Origin: Macrostomum lignano | Taxonomy: Eukaryota | NCBI GenBank assembly: GCA_002269645.1 | Contig: NIVC01001739.1 | Location: forward strand, 135,727-199,726 | Reading direction: 5' to 3' | Length of the DNA: 64,000 nt | In this document: positions 12,292 to 22,900 of the stretch, in pieces | Position numbering within the stretch: the stretch's first letter is position 1 | Layout of the letters: every line of letters starts with the position of its first letter | Program-made: the position numbers and the translations under genes | Notes under the pieces: model-generated | Databases searched by the model: none | The model's input: only the letters and a program-made list of their open reading frames with translations | Told to the model about the DNA's origin: nothing

Positions 12292-14954
12292 ATGTCCGAC
12301 CAGCAGCAGCAGCCGTCGGAGTCCGGAGGAGCCGGTCACAAGCGACCCCGACCAGACGATGACAGCGAAGAATTAGAAATAGCGGTGGACGCTGACCCGG
12401 AGGCTGGGGAAGATGACGCCGCCGATGAGCTGCTCCGCATGGACGATCTGTTTGGCGAGCACGAGGCTCTGTACGGGTCCTCGTCTGAGACGGAGTGCAC
12501 CTACAGCAGCGGCTACATGGCCAGACAGCCGGTGTACGCCTGTCAAACCTGCCAGACGGACGGCCCGGCCGCCATCTGCTACGGTTGCGCTAAGCGCTGT
12601 CACGAAGGTGTGCTGCTGGTTGATTATTTAATTACTGTTCTCAGCCGCTCTCGCTGGCATTTGGTTCCACAAGGCAGCTACGAGTATTGCGCGGCGCATC
12701 TGAAGTCTGCGTACGGCTGTTCAGTCCAAGGACTGTGGGGGGGGGGGTCGCAACACACCCTCAAAGGACTGGGGGTCCCCAGCTCTTTTTATTAGAGGCA
12801 GGGGGGTTGTGTGCACCCTGGCGCACTTTAAGCGACATAGGCACACAACCGGCGAGAGGCATTACTGCCCATTCCGCCGACTCCCCTGAGCAGGCACACA
12901 AGCGCACGGATACGTACGCAGGCACACACTCACACAGGAGTGTACAGCGGCCCTAACTTTATATTATCGTTAGGCATGTACACTTCACTGCGCCTTGGGG
13001 GGTTGGCTCTCAAGGCCGTTAATTGCACGAGCAGAGCTAAGCCGAGATTCCAATTCAGCCCCAAATTAATGTGGCTGCACTTGGAATCGAGCCTGGGTCG
13101 CTGGCACACCAGAGCAGCTGCGCTACCGCTGGGCTACGCCCCCCCCCTGGGGTCCCCAGCTAATGCTGGCACCAATTTTACAGCTGGATGAACTTAAGCT
13201 CAAGGACACAAATTGTTCCAGTGGGATCGGGAGTCGAGCCCCCGACCTTCGAGTTCTGAATCCGACGCTCTAACCACTAGGCTACAACCCCCTATTTGGC
13301 TACGATCCCATGCCCGTTAAAAACGTTACCGTGACAAGAAGCGCTAAAGATTCATTGCTAACATCTCACTAGTGACTCTGGGCGACTCTTAGTTGACTTA
13401 AATAAAGTTGTTATAAATGCGAAATGCGATTCTAATTTATTTGAGTGACGCAGATGCGCTTTAGACGCAACTCAACGAGTCAAAGCGACTCTAACACGAC
13501 TCAGATTCTACGTCGCAGACAATAAAGCGCTTCAAATTCTGATCAGAGCGTCGGACTCGCGACTGAAAGGTCGGGGGTTCGATTCCCGATCCCACTCGGA
13601 ACAATTTGTGTCCTTGAGCAAGACACTTAACTCTGCTGTGCTTCAGTTCACCCAGCTGTAAAATGGGTGCCAGCATTGGCTGGGGTAATTGAGGCTGTGT
13701 GTGGCGACCCAGCTGAGCTATCGGTTGCACATCTGCCCATTAGGCCAGGTGTAATCAATTATTATTAATTATAACCTCAAGCTTCCGCTCTCATCCCTCC
13801 ATTCGCCAAGGCCACGACCTGCTCGAGCTCTACTCAAAGCGTCAGCTGGCCTGCGACTGCGGCAACGCCAAGTTCGATGCGGTCCGCGACCCAACTAGCG
13901 GAGAGAAGTTCGTGTGCCAATTGTGCGAGTTCAAAACCATCAACTACGATAATAAATATAATCAGAATTTTGCCGGTCTGTACTGCATCTGCTCCAGGCC
14001 GTATCCGGATCCTGACGGCCAGCTCGCTAACGAGGAGATGCTGCAGTGTACTGTCTGCGAGGACTGGTACCACTCCTGTCATCTGACCGTGCCCGAGGCT
14101 GACTGCCTGCGTGTCGAGTCCTACGAAGAGCTGGTGTGTCAGCTGTGCTGCGCTAGGCTGCCTTACCTGCGGCACTATGCCCTGCCTGATACTGCAGCTG
14201 CATCGTCTGACACCCCGGCTGGATCTTCTGAAACTAAGGCTGGATCGTCTGACACCCCGGCTGGATCTTCTGACACCCCGGCTGGAGCGTCTGACATCCC
14301 GGCTGGATCTTCTGACACCCCGGCTGGAGCGTCTGACACCCCGGCTGGAGCGTCTGACACCCTAGCTGGAACTTCTGACACTAAGGCTGGATCGTCTGAC
14401 ATCCCAGCTGGAACTTCTGACACCAAGGCTGGATCGTCTGACGCTTCGAGTAGCTCGCCAGCAACCAAGCAGCCTGGCGCTCAACGCCGCTGCACTCTGC
14501 CAGCCGCTGCCGACTCCTCGTCCGACGCCGCCGCCACCGCGCCCGCGCCCTCCTGATGCCTTCCGGTTGGCGCCGGCGCCTCTGCCGCTGCGCCGACTGT
14601 GAATCGGCTTACGCCCGCGACAATGTCGCCTTCCTGACCGATCCCGCCGACTCCCTGGCCGAGTTCGAGCTGGCCAACCGGCGGACAGCCGAGGAGCAGA
14701 GCCGGCCGGAGAACGTGCTGCGCAGTCTGGCCAGCGCCGGCGTGCCGCACGTCTCCGTCCAGCTGGTAGCCAGCGCCATCGGCGACTTCCGGCGGGGCCT
14801 GTCGCGCGCGATGGCCAGCGTGTTGGCCGACAAGAACTGCTCGGACGGACAGCCGGCCGTCATCACCAGGGATGACGCTGATCGAATCCTGGCTATGATG
14901 GCGCCGGTGCTGGCTAAACGAGCTCGGTTCCAGCCTCCCGACACCTGCCGCTGA
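12292..14954 (+). CDS. UBR7: UBR-box/PHD E3 ubiquitin ligase UBR7; 2 exons, with an apparent 1-nt frameshift near 14545-14555
   Basis: Exon 1 12292-12607 (CTYSSGYMARQPVYACQTC..ICYGCAKRCHE). Exon 2 starts at 13811 (GHDLLELYSKRQLACDCGN; NKYNQNFAGLYCICSRPYPDP; MLQCTVCEDWYH; CQLC). The C-terminal P.GWR..LCRC.DC..FLTD block continues in another frame from 14556. Confidence 0.88.
12690..13292 (-). mobile_element. tRNA-derived CORE-type SINE (family A), split by a nested SINE
   Basis: Minus-strand head GGGGGTTGTAGCCTAGTGGTTAGAGCG..GGGCTCGACTCCC (A and B boxes) at 13292-13220, then a partly deleted CORE to 13147. The 3' body resumes at 12784-12690 and is shared with 25020-25070. Confidence 0.7.
12785..13146 (-). 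mobile_element. Second tRNA-derived SINE (family B), apparently full length
   Basis: Minus-strand head GGGCGTAGCCCAGCGGTAGCGCAG..GGCTCGATTCC (13143-13082) and tail AATAAAAAG. Flanked by duplicated CTGGG(G)GTCCCCAGCT at 12769-12784 and 13147-13161. Its body also occurs at 17215-17410, and partially near 15735 and 32440. Confidence 0.7.
13540..13770 (+). mobile_element. tRNA-derived CORE-type SINE (family A), 5'-truncated
   Basis: B box GGTTCGATTCC, followed by TGTGTCCTTGAGCAAGACACTTAACTCTGCTGTGCTTCAGTTCACCCAGCTGTAAAATGGG, which closely resembles the MIR CORE consensus. AT-rich tail. Confidence 0.75.
14203..14445 (+). repeat. In-frame 21-bp coding minisatellite in UBR7 encoding (SDTPAGS/A)n
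   Basis: About 11 units of TCTGACACCCCGGCTGGATCT-like sequence within the open frame. Confidence 0.9.
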
Positions 14955-15797
14955 CTCGCGCTCTTCTATTTGGCGTCTGAACTCGCATGGCAACCAATCA
15001 GACTAACAAATGCTGCATCTTTTAGCATTGCTGACGCCTCTGCAAGTAGTTTAGATCTACTTCATGTTTGACAGTGTCTGACAGCATGTTTGACAGTATC
15101 TGACAGCAGGTTTGACAGCATGTTTGACAGTATCTGACAGCAGGTTTGATTGTGACTGTCCGACAGCCAACTGTTACGATGGAAGCATCTTTGGTACGCA
15201 GTGAGAGGTCAGTGAGGCAAGTCTTCGCCTATTGGAACGGTTTTTGTTTCATTTTTCACTTTTTTTCAATTCTGAGACCGAAAATCAGTCTTAGCTGCGT
15301 TTATGTAATCAACTACATAATTGTTCAAGCACTTTTATATATGTAACTTATTATTTTATATCCTAAAAAGCTTACTATTTCTCATGGCACCGTGTTTTTC
15401 GTTAATAATTACCACCGTAATGTCAGTAGTAGTGCTGTGGTGTATCATTTTTCAATACAATATCGGCCATCACCCACCGTATGATAAATACCAAATTAAC
15501 TTTTTTTAAATCTCATTTTCAATGTCGTTTAGCAGCCTTTCACGTACGAACTGTGGAAAAAATATATAAAAATATATTGCATTCAAGCACACTTATTTTT
15601 GTGTTTATTATAGCAGTCAAAAAGCATCCAGTTGAATTTTGTTATTTGTTGGTAAAATTCTGATTCAAACAGCTTTAATAACTGCTTAAACTGATGGGTT
15701 GCCGTTGGCGCCTCAGCAGCACATCCTAGACACACGCTCACACCGGGTGTACAGCAGCCATGACTCATCGTATTGGTATTCGATAATTGTTAATCGC

Positions 15798-16152
15798 TCT
15801 CAGTTGCTGGGCCAGCCTCCCAGATCCTCAGTTGCTGGGCCAGCCTCTCTGATCCTCAGTTACTGGGCAGCCTCTCAGATCCTTAGATGCTGATCCAGCC
15901 TCTCAGATCCTCAGTTGCTGGGCAGCCTCTCAGATCCTTAGATGCTGATCTAGCCTCTCAGATCCTTAGATGCTGATCCAGCCTCTCAGATCCGTAGATG
16001 CTGGGCCAGTCTCTCAGATCCTCAGTTGCTGGGCCAGCCTCCCAGATCCCCAGTTGCTGGGCCAGCCCCCAGATCCCCAGTTGCTCGGCCAGCCTCCAGA
16101 TTCTCATTTGCTGGGCCAGCCTCTCAGATCCTCAGTTTCTGGACCACCATCC
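15798..16152. repeat. Minisatellite of the same family as 9940-10243
   Basis: GGGCCAGCCTCTCAGATCCTCAGTTGCT units and variants. Confidence 0.9.
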
Positions 16153-16457
16153 TAGATCCATCCTGGAATACAGGTACAAGTCACGCTTGTCACAGTTGAG
16201 GTCAAACAACAAAATTGGTTCTTGCTTCAAATACGTATGCTCAGTCTGATTTGTTTGTCGCTCATTACGACCAGCAAGAATACCTGCAAAATGCACTCCG
16301 AACCAAAGCAAAGACAAAAGGCCAATTGATGCGGTTCAGCAGCGCCTGGCTCAGCTGCCACCCTAATAATCGCGATTGTCTTCAAATTGATTTTTCTATA
16401 TTTTAATTCACAAGAGAAACATAATCTTTTAAGAAGGTGCAATGCAGAGAAACCTCC

Positions 16458-18972
16458 CTAGCACCTGTACATGGCCTTCAGGATGGCCACGTCTCCGGCA
16501 GCCATGCGGCTTCGCTGCCCAATGACGACACCGTCGGGCACGGCGCCCGGCTTCGGTACGATGGTGCGCTGGCCGTTCTTGCTAAAGGCGGTCAGGCCGT
16601 AGTGCATCTGGCTGCCGAAGTCGTAGCGCACGTTGTAGGTGCCGACCTGGGAGCTGCTCTTCTTGTTGAAGTTGTGCTCGTAGCCTGGAAGGGCAGCGGA
16701 TCGAAACAGGTGCGGATTAAGCCTTTTTCAATTGTCCTTCCGCAGAGCAAAGCTGACGGCATCTATTTACAGGTCCTCCAGCAAGGCTTACCGGAGCGGA
16801 CGTTCTCCAGGGCGATGCTCACGTAGCTGTCACGGTCGGGCCGGCTTTGCTGGTGGTAAACACCTGTTTGATGCAAATTTGAGTACATGTACTGTTGTTA
16901 TTATGAATAAACTTGCACTAATCTTGCGCTAGTATTCGACAATTACCGAGGCTGTGCTGGAACTCGTGCATGATGTTGCCAACGGAGCAGCGGGTGGACA
17001 GGTTCACGTAGGTGGTGCGGCCCCAGTAGCCAACGGTGGCTGAGCAGCTGCATTGTTGTGGAGATTATTATAATAAACTGATTTTTAGTATCAAGTAGGA
17101 TATTTTACGTCTGGGTAATCTGGATACAGAATATAAAACAGCCTATTCTGAAATAGCATTTACTTGATGCAAAGATGGTGGTGATGTTGATTAAAATAAC
17201 ACCAAATTTGAGCAACTAACGCCCTTGAGGGCCAACCCCCAAGGCGCAGTGAAGTGTACATGCCTAACGTTAAATTAAAGTTAGGGCCGCTGTACACTTC
17301 TGTGTGAGTGTGTGCCTGTGCGTATGACAGCGTACGTATCCGCGCGCTTGTGTGATTGCTCAGGGAAGTCTGCGGAATGGGCAGCAATGCCTCTCGCCGG
17401 TTGTGTGACAATGGAGTGCAATATCCTGTGAATCTACATTACAAAAGAATTGGTCAAATTCTCCTCGAGTATCACACGGAAAATGTGGCTCACCCGCTGC
17501 CGGGACGGATCAGAACGTAGCGACTGCCATCGCTGGAGCTGGCCTGACGGAACTTGATGCAGTTTCCAGTCTCCCTGTTCACGTTGGTCATGGCGGTCCT
17601 CACCTTGTCTCTGGTGGAAGAGGCTGCGGAAGGGAGTTTTCAGAAAAGATCCGATTACATAGTTGCCATCTATTTTGCCGTCTTGGTTTCGGATATCTTT
17701 TAAGTCGGAGCTTTAACTGGAGGCAACCCTCAGTCGCGCCAACATTTGGTGCCTGGGTGGGCGCCCCTCTATATTCTGTCCTCTAGTAGGAGGCTGCTGG
17801 ATACCACGTCCAAGAGGTGGCAAAGCCGTTGAGCTGTAGTTTGCCTCTTTGATTCAGTCTTCGGAGTCCCTACGCCATTTAAAGCAGGACACCTTGACGA
17901 AGGGCCGATTTCGCTTTGAAATACATCAGTACGAGCGTACATCAGTATAATACATCAGTACGAGCGTACATCAGTATAATACATCAGTACGAGCGTACAT
18001 CAGTATAATACATCAGTACGAGCGTACATCAGTATAATACATCAGTACGAGCGTACATCAGTATAATACATCAGTACGAGCGTACATCAGTATAATACAT
18101 CAGTACGAGCGTACATCAGTATAATACATCAGTATAATACATCAGTCGTAAAATCATAGGCAGTTACTCCAATTTCTAACACTAAGAATTGACAAGAGAA
18201 ATGATTGACAGTACAACCAATTATGTAACTTTGGAGGGAGTTTATGTAATGAATTTTCAATTTTTTGATACATTATTGTTAGGCTGTAACTATAAACTAC
18301 AATAGCTACTATAGAGCTGCATGTAAGTAGTATCGGGGTTCACATTTATCGCAACCGCACTCACGCAGGCTGGAGTCCAGTCTGTAGACGATGACACCTC
18401 CCGGCCACCTGTTAGCCGTGTTCAACAGTCCAGAGAATGCCTGCAGGACAAGAAACCAGTTCCCATAGATACTATTAACTTACGCTCGAGTCAGGTGAGA
18501 TGCCTGTTCACATCAGGTGAAAGAGAATTGCTCACCCCCTTGAAAGGCTCGATCATGTCGCCCTCGATCTCGTTGCCATACTCGGGCGCGGCGGGGTCTT
18601 CAACGAATGGCTGGAATTGTTGCCAGAGAGCCTTTTCATTTGATCTGCCAATTCTCTGCTACTGCGGATTAACCTTTTCTACCCTGCCCTGTCTCACAAG
18701 TCCTCTGAGACTCTTGGTTCACTTTCTAATCTACTTAACATGTAGCTCCACGGCCTATCTCTGCCTCCAAAGTCTACTCTGCCTTTATGGCCTAATTTAC
18801 GCCCCCAGCCTTTCTACCTCCAAAACCTATAGTCCCCACCCTGCATTTAACACTTTCTATCTTCGCTACCACACAGTCGTGGCCCTAGTATCAAGCTTAG
18901 TTGATACGATCGATGTCTTACAGCGGCAATGGCGACTCCGACAAAAGCGCAGACCGACAGCAGGCGAAGCAT
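16458..18972 (-). CDS. Astacin-family (M12A) metalloprotease, copy 1: signal peptide, short prodomain and catalytic domain only, ~243 aa
   Basis: Exons 18972-18922, 18610-18536, 18440-18365, 17623-17494, 17047-16947, 16863-16792 and 16684-16458 join in frame. Motifs: IEGDM Asp-switch, RWPGGVIVY, HEFQHSLGVYHQQSRPDRD, SQMHY Met-turn, four Cys ending MYRC*. Confidence 0.92.
17215..17410 (+). mobile_element. Partial copy of SINE family B in an astacin-1 intron
   Basis: Closely matches the reverse complement of ~12843-13020. Confidence 0.8.
17922..18147. repeat. ~29-bp minisatellite in an astacin-1 intron
   Basis: Unit TACATCAGTACGAGCGTACATCAGTATAA, containing GTACG-AG-CGTAC. Confidence 0.95.
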
Positions 18973-19560
18973 TTCTATTTTAGCTTTCGGACAGAGTGAG
19001 ACGAGTTGCAGTCGGACTATGATTGGATCTATAAACCACAAAGCTACATGTATGAACTAAACTCTGTTATATAATAATTTGTCAACCAGTAGATTCCCCG
19101 CCTATCGCCCGGCTGCTGCGGTCTCACGGTTAAGAAAACCCGTCATTCCGTCAGTAAGCCCGAGACCAATATTTCATTTTCCCACCCAACATGCCTGACA
19201 ACTGGGTGCGTATAGATTCTTAAATTAAACTGTATCGCAAAGAGGTATCTTATCCGTAGTTAAACTTACAGACTTGGGGGGGGGGCAGTGCTGGAACCGC
19301 AAAGACATGCCAAGCAACTCGGTCAGTTCCCTATCTGCACAGCAGTTGGTGAATTTGTTTGGCCAGCAGATTTATCGCAGCAATATTCGGCTTTTTTCCT
19401 GCTGAATCCTCACGAATGCCTGCATTTGCTCGGCTGTTCGTTCGTGCGCAATCGTCAGCATTTACGACTATGCAACGAGTCGACTGTTGGGCAAAAAACG
19501 TTTCTTTAACCTTTATCGTGATATGGCTACATTTAACTTCAGCACAGGGGTCGGAAAACC

Positions 19561-19805
19561 TTTTTTACCTCAAGGGCCAGATGGAGAACCTGTAGAGCAT
19601 GACTGCAGGCCAGAGGAGAAGAGAGAATAGAGAGGAGACAAAGAGAGATGGAGAAAGGAGAGGCAAAGGAATGAATGAGAAGAGACGCGAGGAGAGAAGA
19701 GAAGAGGCACAAACCTTGAACGGACCGGATTGCTATTGTGAAGTCTCAAAGGACCCGAGGGCCATGTAGGGAGACTTTGCGAGCCGGATTTTTCCGAACC
19801 GTGCT
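19561..19805. mobile_element. Dispersed GA-rich element, family shared with 40757-41385 and partly with 4745-4830
   Basis: Shared start TTTTTTACCT.A.GGCCAGAT.GAGA.CC, a central GA-rich tract, and ATTGTGAAGT..AAAGGACCCGAGG (shared with 4770-4810). Class not assignable. Confidence 0.55.
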
Positions 19806-19974
19806 TCAGAATCAAAAGCAGGTTTGAATCAAAATATTGACATGTAGGATTTTCTATTGATCAAAAGTTTAACGATTTATACCCATCGAAACACGTCTGC
19901 GTTTATATTTGCTTTCGAAAAATAGCAATATTTTGATATTATTGGTTTTAGTATTCTGCTGTACGGTGCGCTGT

Positions 19975-22900
19975 CTAGCACCTGTACATGGCCTTCAGGA
20001 TGGCCACGTCTCCGGTACCCATACGGCTTCGCTGCCCAATGACGACACCATCGGGCACGGCGCCCGGCTTCGGCACGATGGTGCGCTGGCCGTTCTTGCT
20101 GAAGGCGGTCAGGCCGTAGTGCATCTGGCTGCCGAAGTCGTAGCGCACGTTGTAGGTGCCGACCTGGGAGCTGGACTGCTTGTTGAAGTTGTGCTCGTAG
20201 CCTGGAAGGATTTCGGAACAAATAGGGCATATTTGTGATATTTCTATGGAAAGCTGACTATACACCTCTCAGTGCATGCATCTGTGAGATGGATTCTTCC
20301 ACTCTGGATGAATCAAGTTAAAGGAAGTCTTCCACTCTGGATGAATCAAGTTAAAGGAAGTCTTCCACTCTGGATGCATCAAGTTGGAGAAAGTCTTCCA
20401 CTCTGGATGCATCAAGTTAGAGGAAGTCTTCCACTCTGGATGCATCAAGTTGAAGGAAGTCTTCCACTCTGGATGCATCACGTTAGAGGGAGTCTTCCAC
20501 TCTGGATGCATCAAGTTAGAGGAAGTCTTCCACTCTGGATGCATCAAGTTAGAGGAAGTCTTCCACTCTGGATGCATCAAGTTAGAGTAAGTCTTCCACA
20601 AGGACCACTGTAGTAGACACTCTACTACAGTGGTCCTTGTTCTTCCATTCTTGGATGCATCAAGTGGGAGGAAGTCTTCCAGTCTGGGGTGCATCAAGTG
20701 GGAGGAAGTCTTCCAGTCTGGGGTGTATCAAGTGGGAGGAAGTCTTCCACTCTGGGATGCATCAACGGAAAGAAAGTCTTCCACTCTGGATACATCAAGT
20801 TGGAGAAAGTCTTCCACTCTGGGATGCATCAAGTTAGAGGAAGTTTTCCACTCTGGATGCATCAAGTTAGAGGAAGTCTTCCACTCTGGATGCATCAAGT
20901 TAGAGGAAGTCTTCCACTCTGGATGCATCAAGTTAGAGGAAGTCTTCCACTCTGGATGCATCAAGTTGGAGGAAGTCTTCCACTCTGGATGCATCAAGTT
21001 GGAGAAAGTCTTCCACTCTGGATGCATCAAGTTGGAGAAAGTCTTCCACTCTGGATGCATCAAGTTGGAGAAAGTCTTCCACTCTGGATGCATCAAGTTG
21101 GAGAAAGTCTTCCACTTTGGATACATCAAGTTGGAGAAAGTCTTCCACTCTGGATGCATTAACGGAAGGAAAGTCTTCCGCTATCGGATGCATCAAGTGG
21201 TATAAAATATCCCCTTCCTACAAAGTCAGGAAAAACATTTACATCATCTTTTCTATACTACCGACTCCCAGTAGCATATTTGTGTATTACCTGTTTATTT
21301 TCGTCGTGTTTTGTATTTTATTGCATGTTGATCCCATCCAAACTTACCGGAAATCACATTCTCCAGCGCGATTGTCACGTAGTTATCGCGGTCAGGCCGG
21401 CTCTGCTGGTGGTACACGCCTGTTCAATGAGATTTCCGGTTTTGCTTTACATTTTAGAAAAATCAGCTACTTTTAGGACAGATTGGAGTCAAAAAGCAGC
21501 ATTCAAAAGCTATGCTGAGTAGACATAAGGCGTGATGTTTTCTAACTACATGTATATAATCCAGAAGCTTAATAATATTGATATGAGCAATCTTACCAAG
21601 GGTGTGCTGGAACTCGTGCATGATGTTGCCAACGGAGCAGCTGGTGGAAAGGTTCACGTAGGTGATGCGACCCCAGTAGCCCACGGTGGCTGAGCAGCTG
21701 CGTTGACAACGTACCAAGAAGTAATATCTTTGAGTATAGACTCAAATGGTTAATTTTTAAGTATGAATAAAAAGTTTCTGATTAAAAAAGATGACGGCTT
21801 TGGAAAATTTTGGGCATGTGCGAAAATTTTTCAGACTCACCCGCTACCGGGACGGATCAGAACGTAGCGACTGCCATCGTTCGAGGTGGCCTCGCGAAAC
21901 TTGATGCAGTTTCCAGTCTCCCTGTTCACGTTGGTCATGGCGGTCCTCACCTTGTCTCTGGTGGTGGAGGCTGCAGGAGGTTTGTTAGTTTTATCAGGCG
22001 ACGTTGTGGGTGTCTTGATTTGGGTGTCCCTGTATTGAATTGGGTGTCCCTGTCTTGAATTGGGTGTCCCTGTCTTGAATTGGGTGTCCCTGTCTTGAAT
22101 TGGGTGTCCCTGTCGTGAAGTGTGAGTTGATGTCATATTCTAAATCTGAGTAGTAAAACCTTAAACCGCTACTCAGTGAACCCATTTAAGTAGTATAGCA
22201 AGAGCAATTAAAAGTAGATAAAGTTTATCGCAACCGCACTCACGCAGGCTGGAGTCCAGTCTGTAGACGATGACACCTCCCGGCCACCTGTTAGCCGTGT
22301 TCAACAGTCCAGAGAATGCCTGCAGGACAAGAAACCATGCAGTTCCCATAGATACTAGCTGATTAACTTATGATCCAGTCAGGTGAGATGCCTGTTCACA
22401 TCAGGTGAAAGAGAATTGCTCACCCCCTTGAAAGGCTCGATCATGTCGCCTTCAATCTCGTTGCCATACTCGGGCGCGGCGGGGTCAATGAACGGCTGAA
22501 ATGATTGTGAAATCCGGTTTAGGGCGTGACTGAAGTCGTAGGATTTACAGTGCCGCGTCCACCTGAGAGCTGCGAGCGATCCTGTTGCTGCAGAGTACAA
22601 CCTCCACTCTGCCTCCCCAGCCTACTCTGCCTCCCCAGCCTACTCTGCCTCCCCAGCCTAATCTGCCTCCCCAGCCTACTCTGCCTCCCCAGCCTACTCT
22701 GCCTCCCCAGCCTACTCTGCCTCCCCAGCCTAATCTGCCTCCCCAGCCTACTCTGCCTCCCCAGCCTACTCTGCCTCCCCAGCCTACTCTGCCTCCCCAG
22801 CCTAATCTGCCTCCCCAGCCTACTCTGCCTCCCCAGCCTACTCTGCCTCCCCAGCTTACTCTGCCTCCCCAGCCTACTCTGCCTCCCCAGCCTACTCTAC

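Noticed and set aside
13220-13292. tRNA genes at 13220-13292, 13082-13143, 13545-13600 and 3301-3360
   Set aside because: The cloverleaf is incomplete or the acceptor stems do not pair, and they run into SINE bodies or a repeat, so they are treated as tRNA-derived heads.
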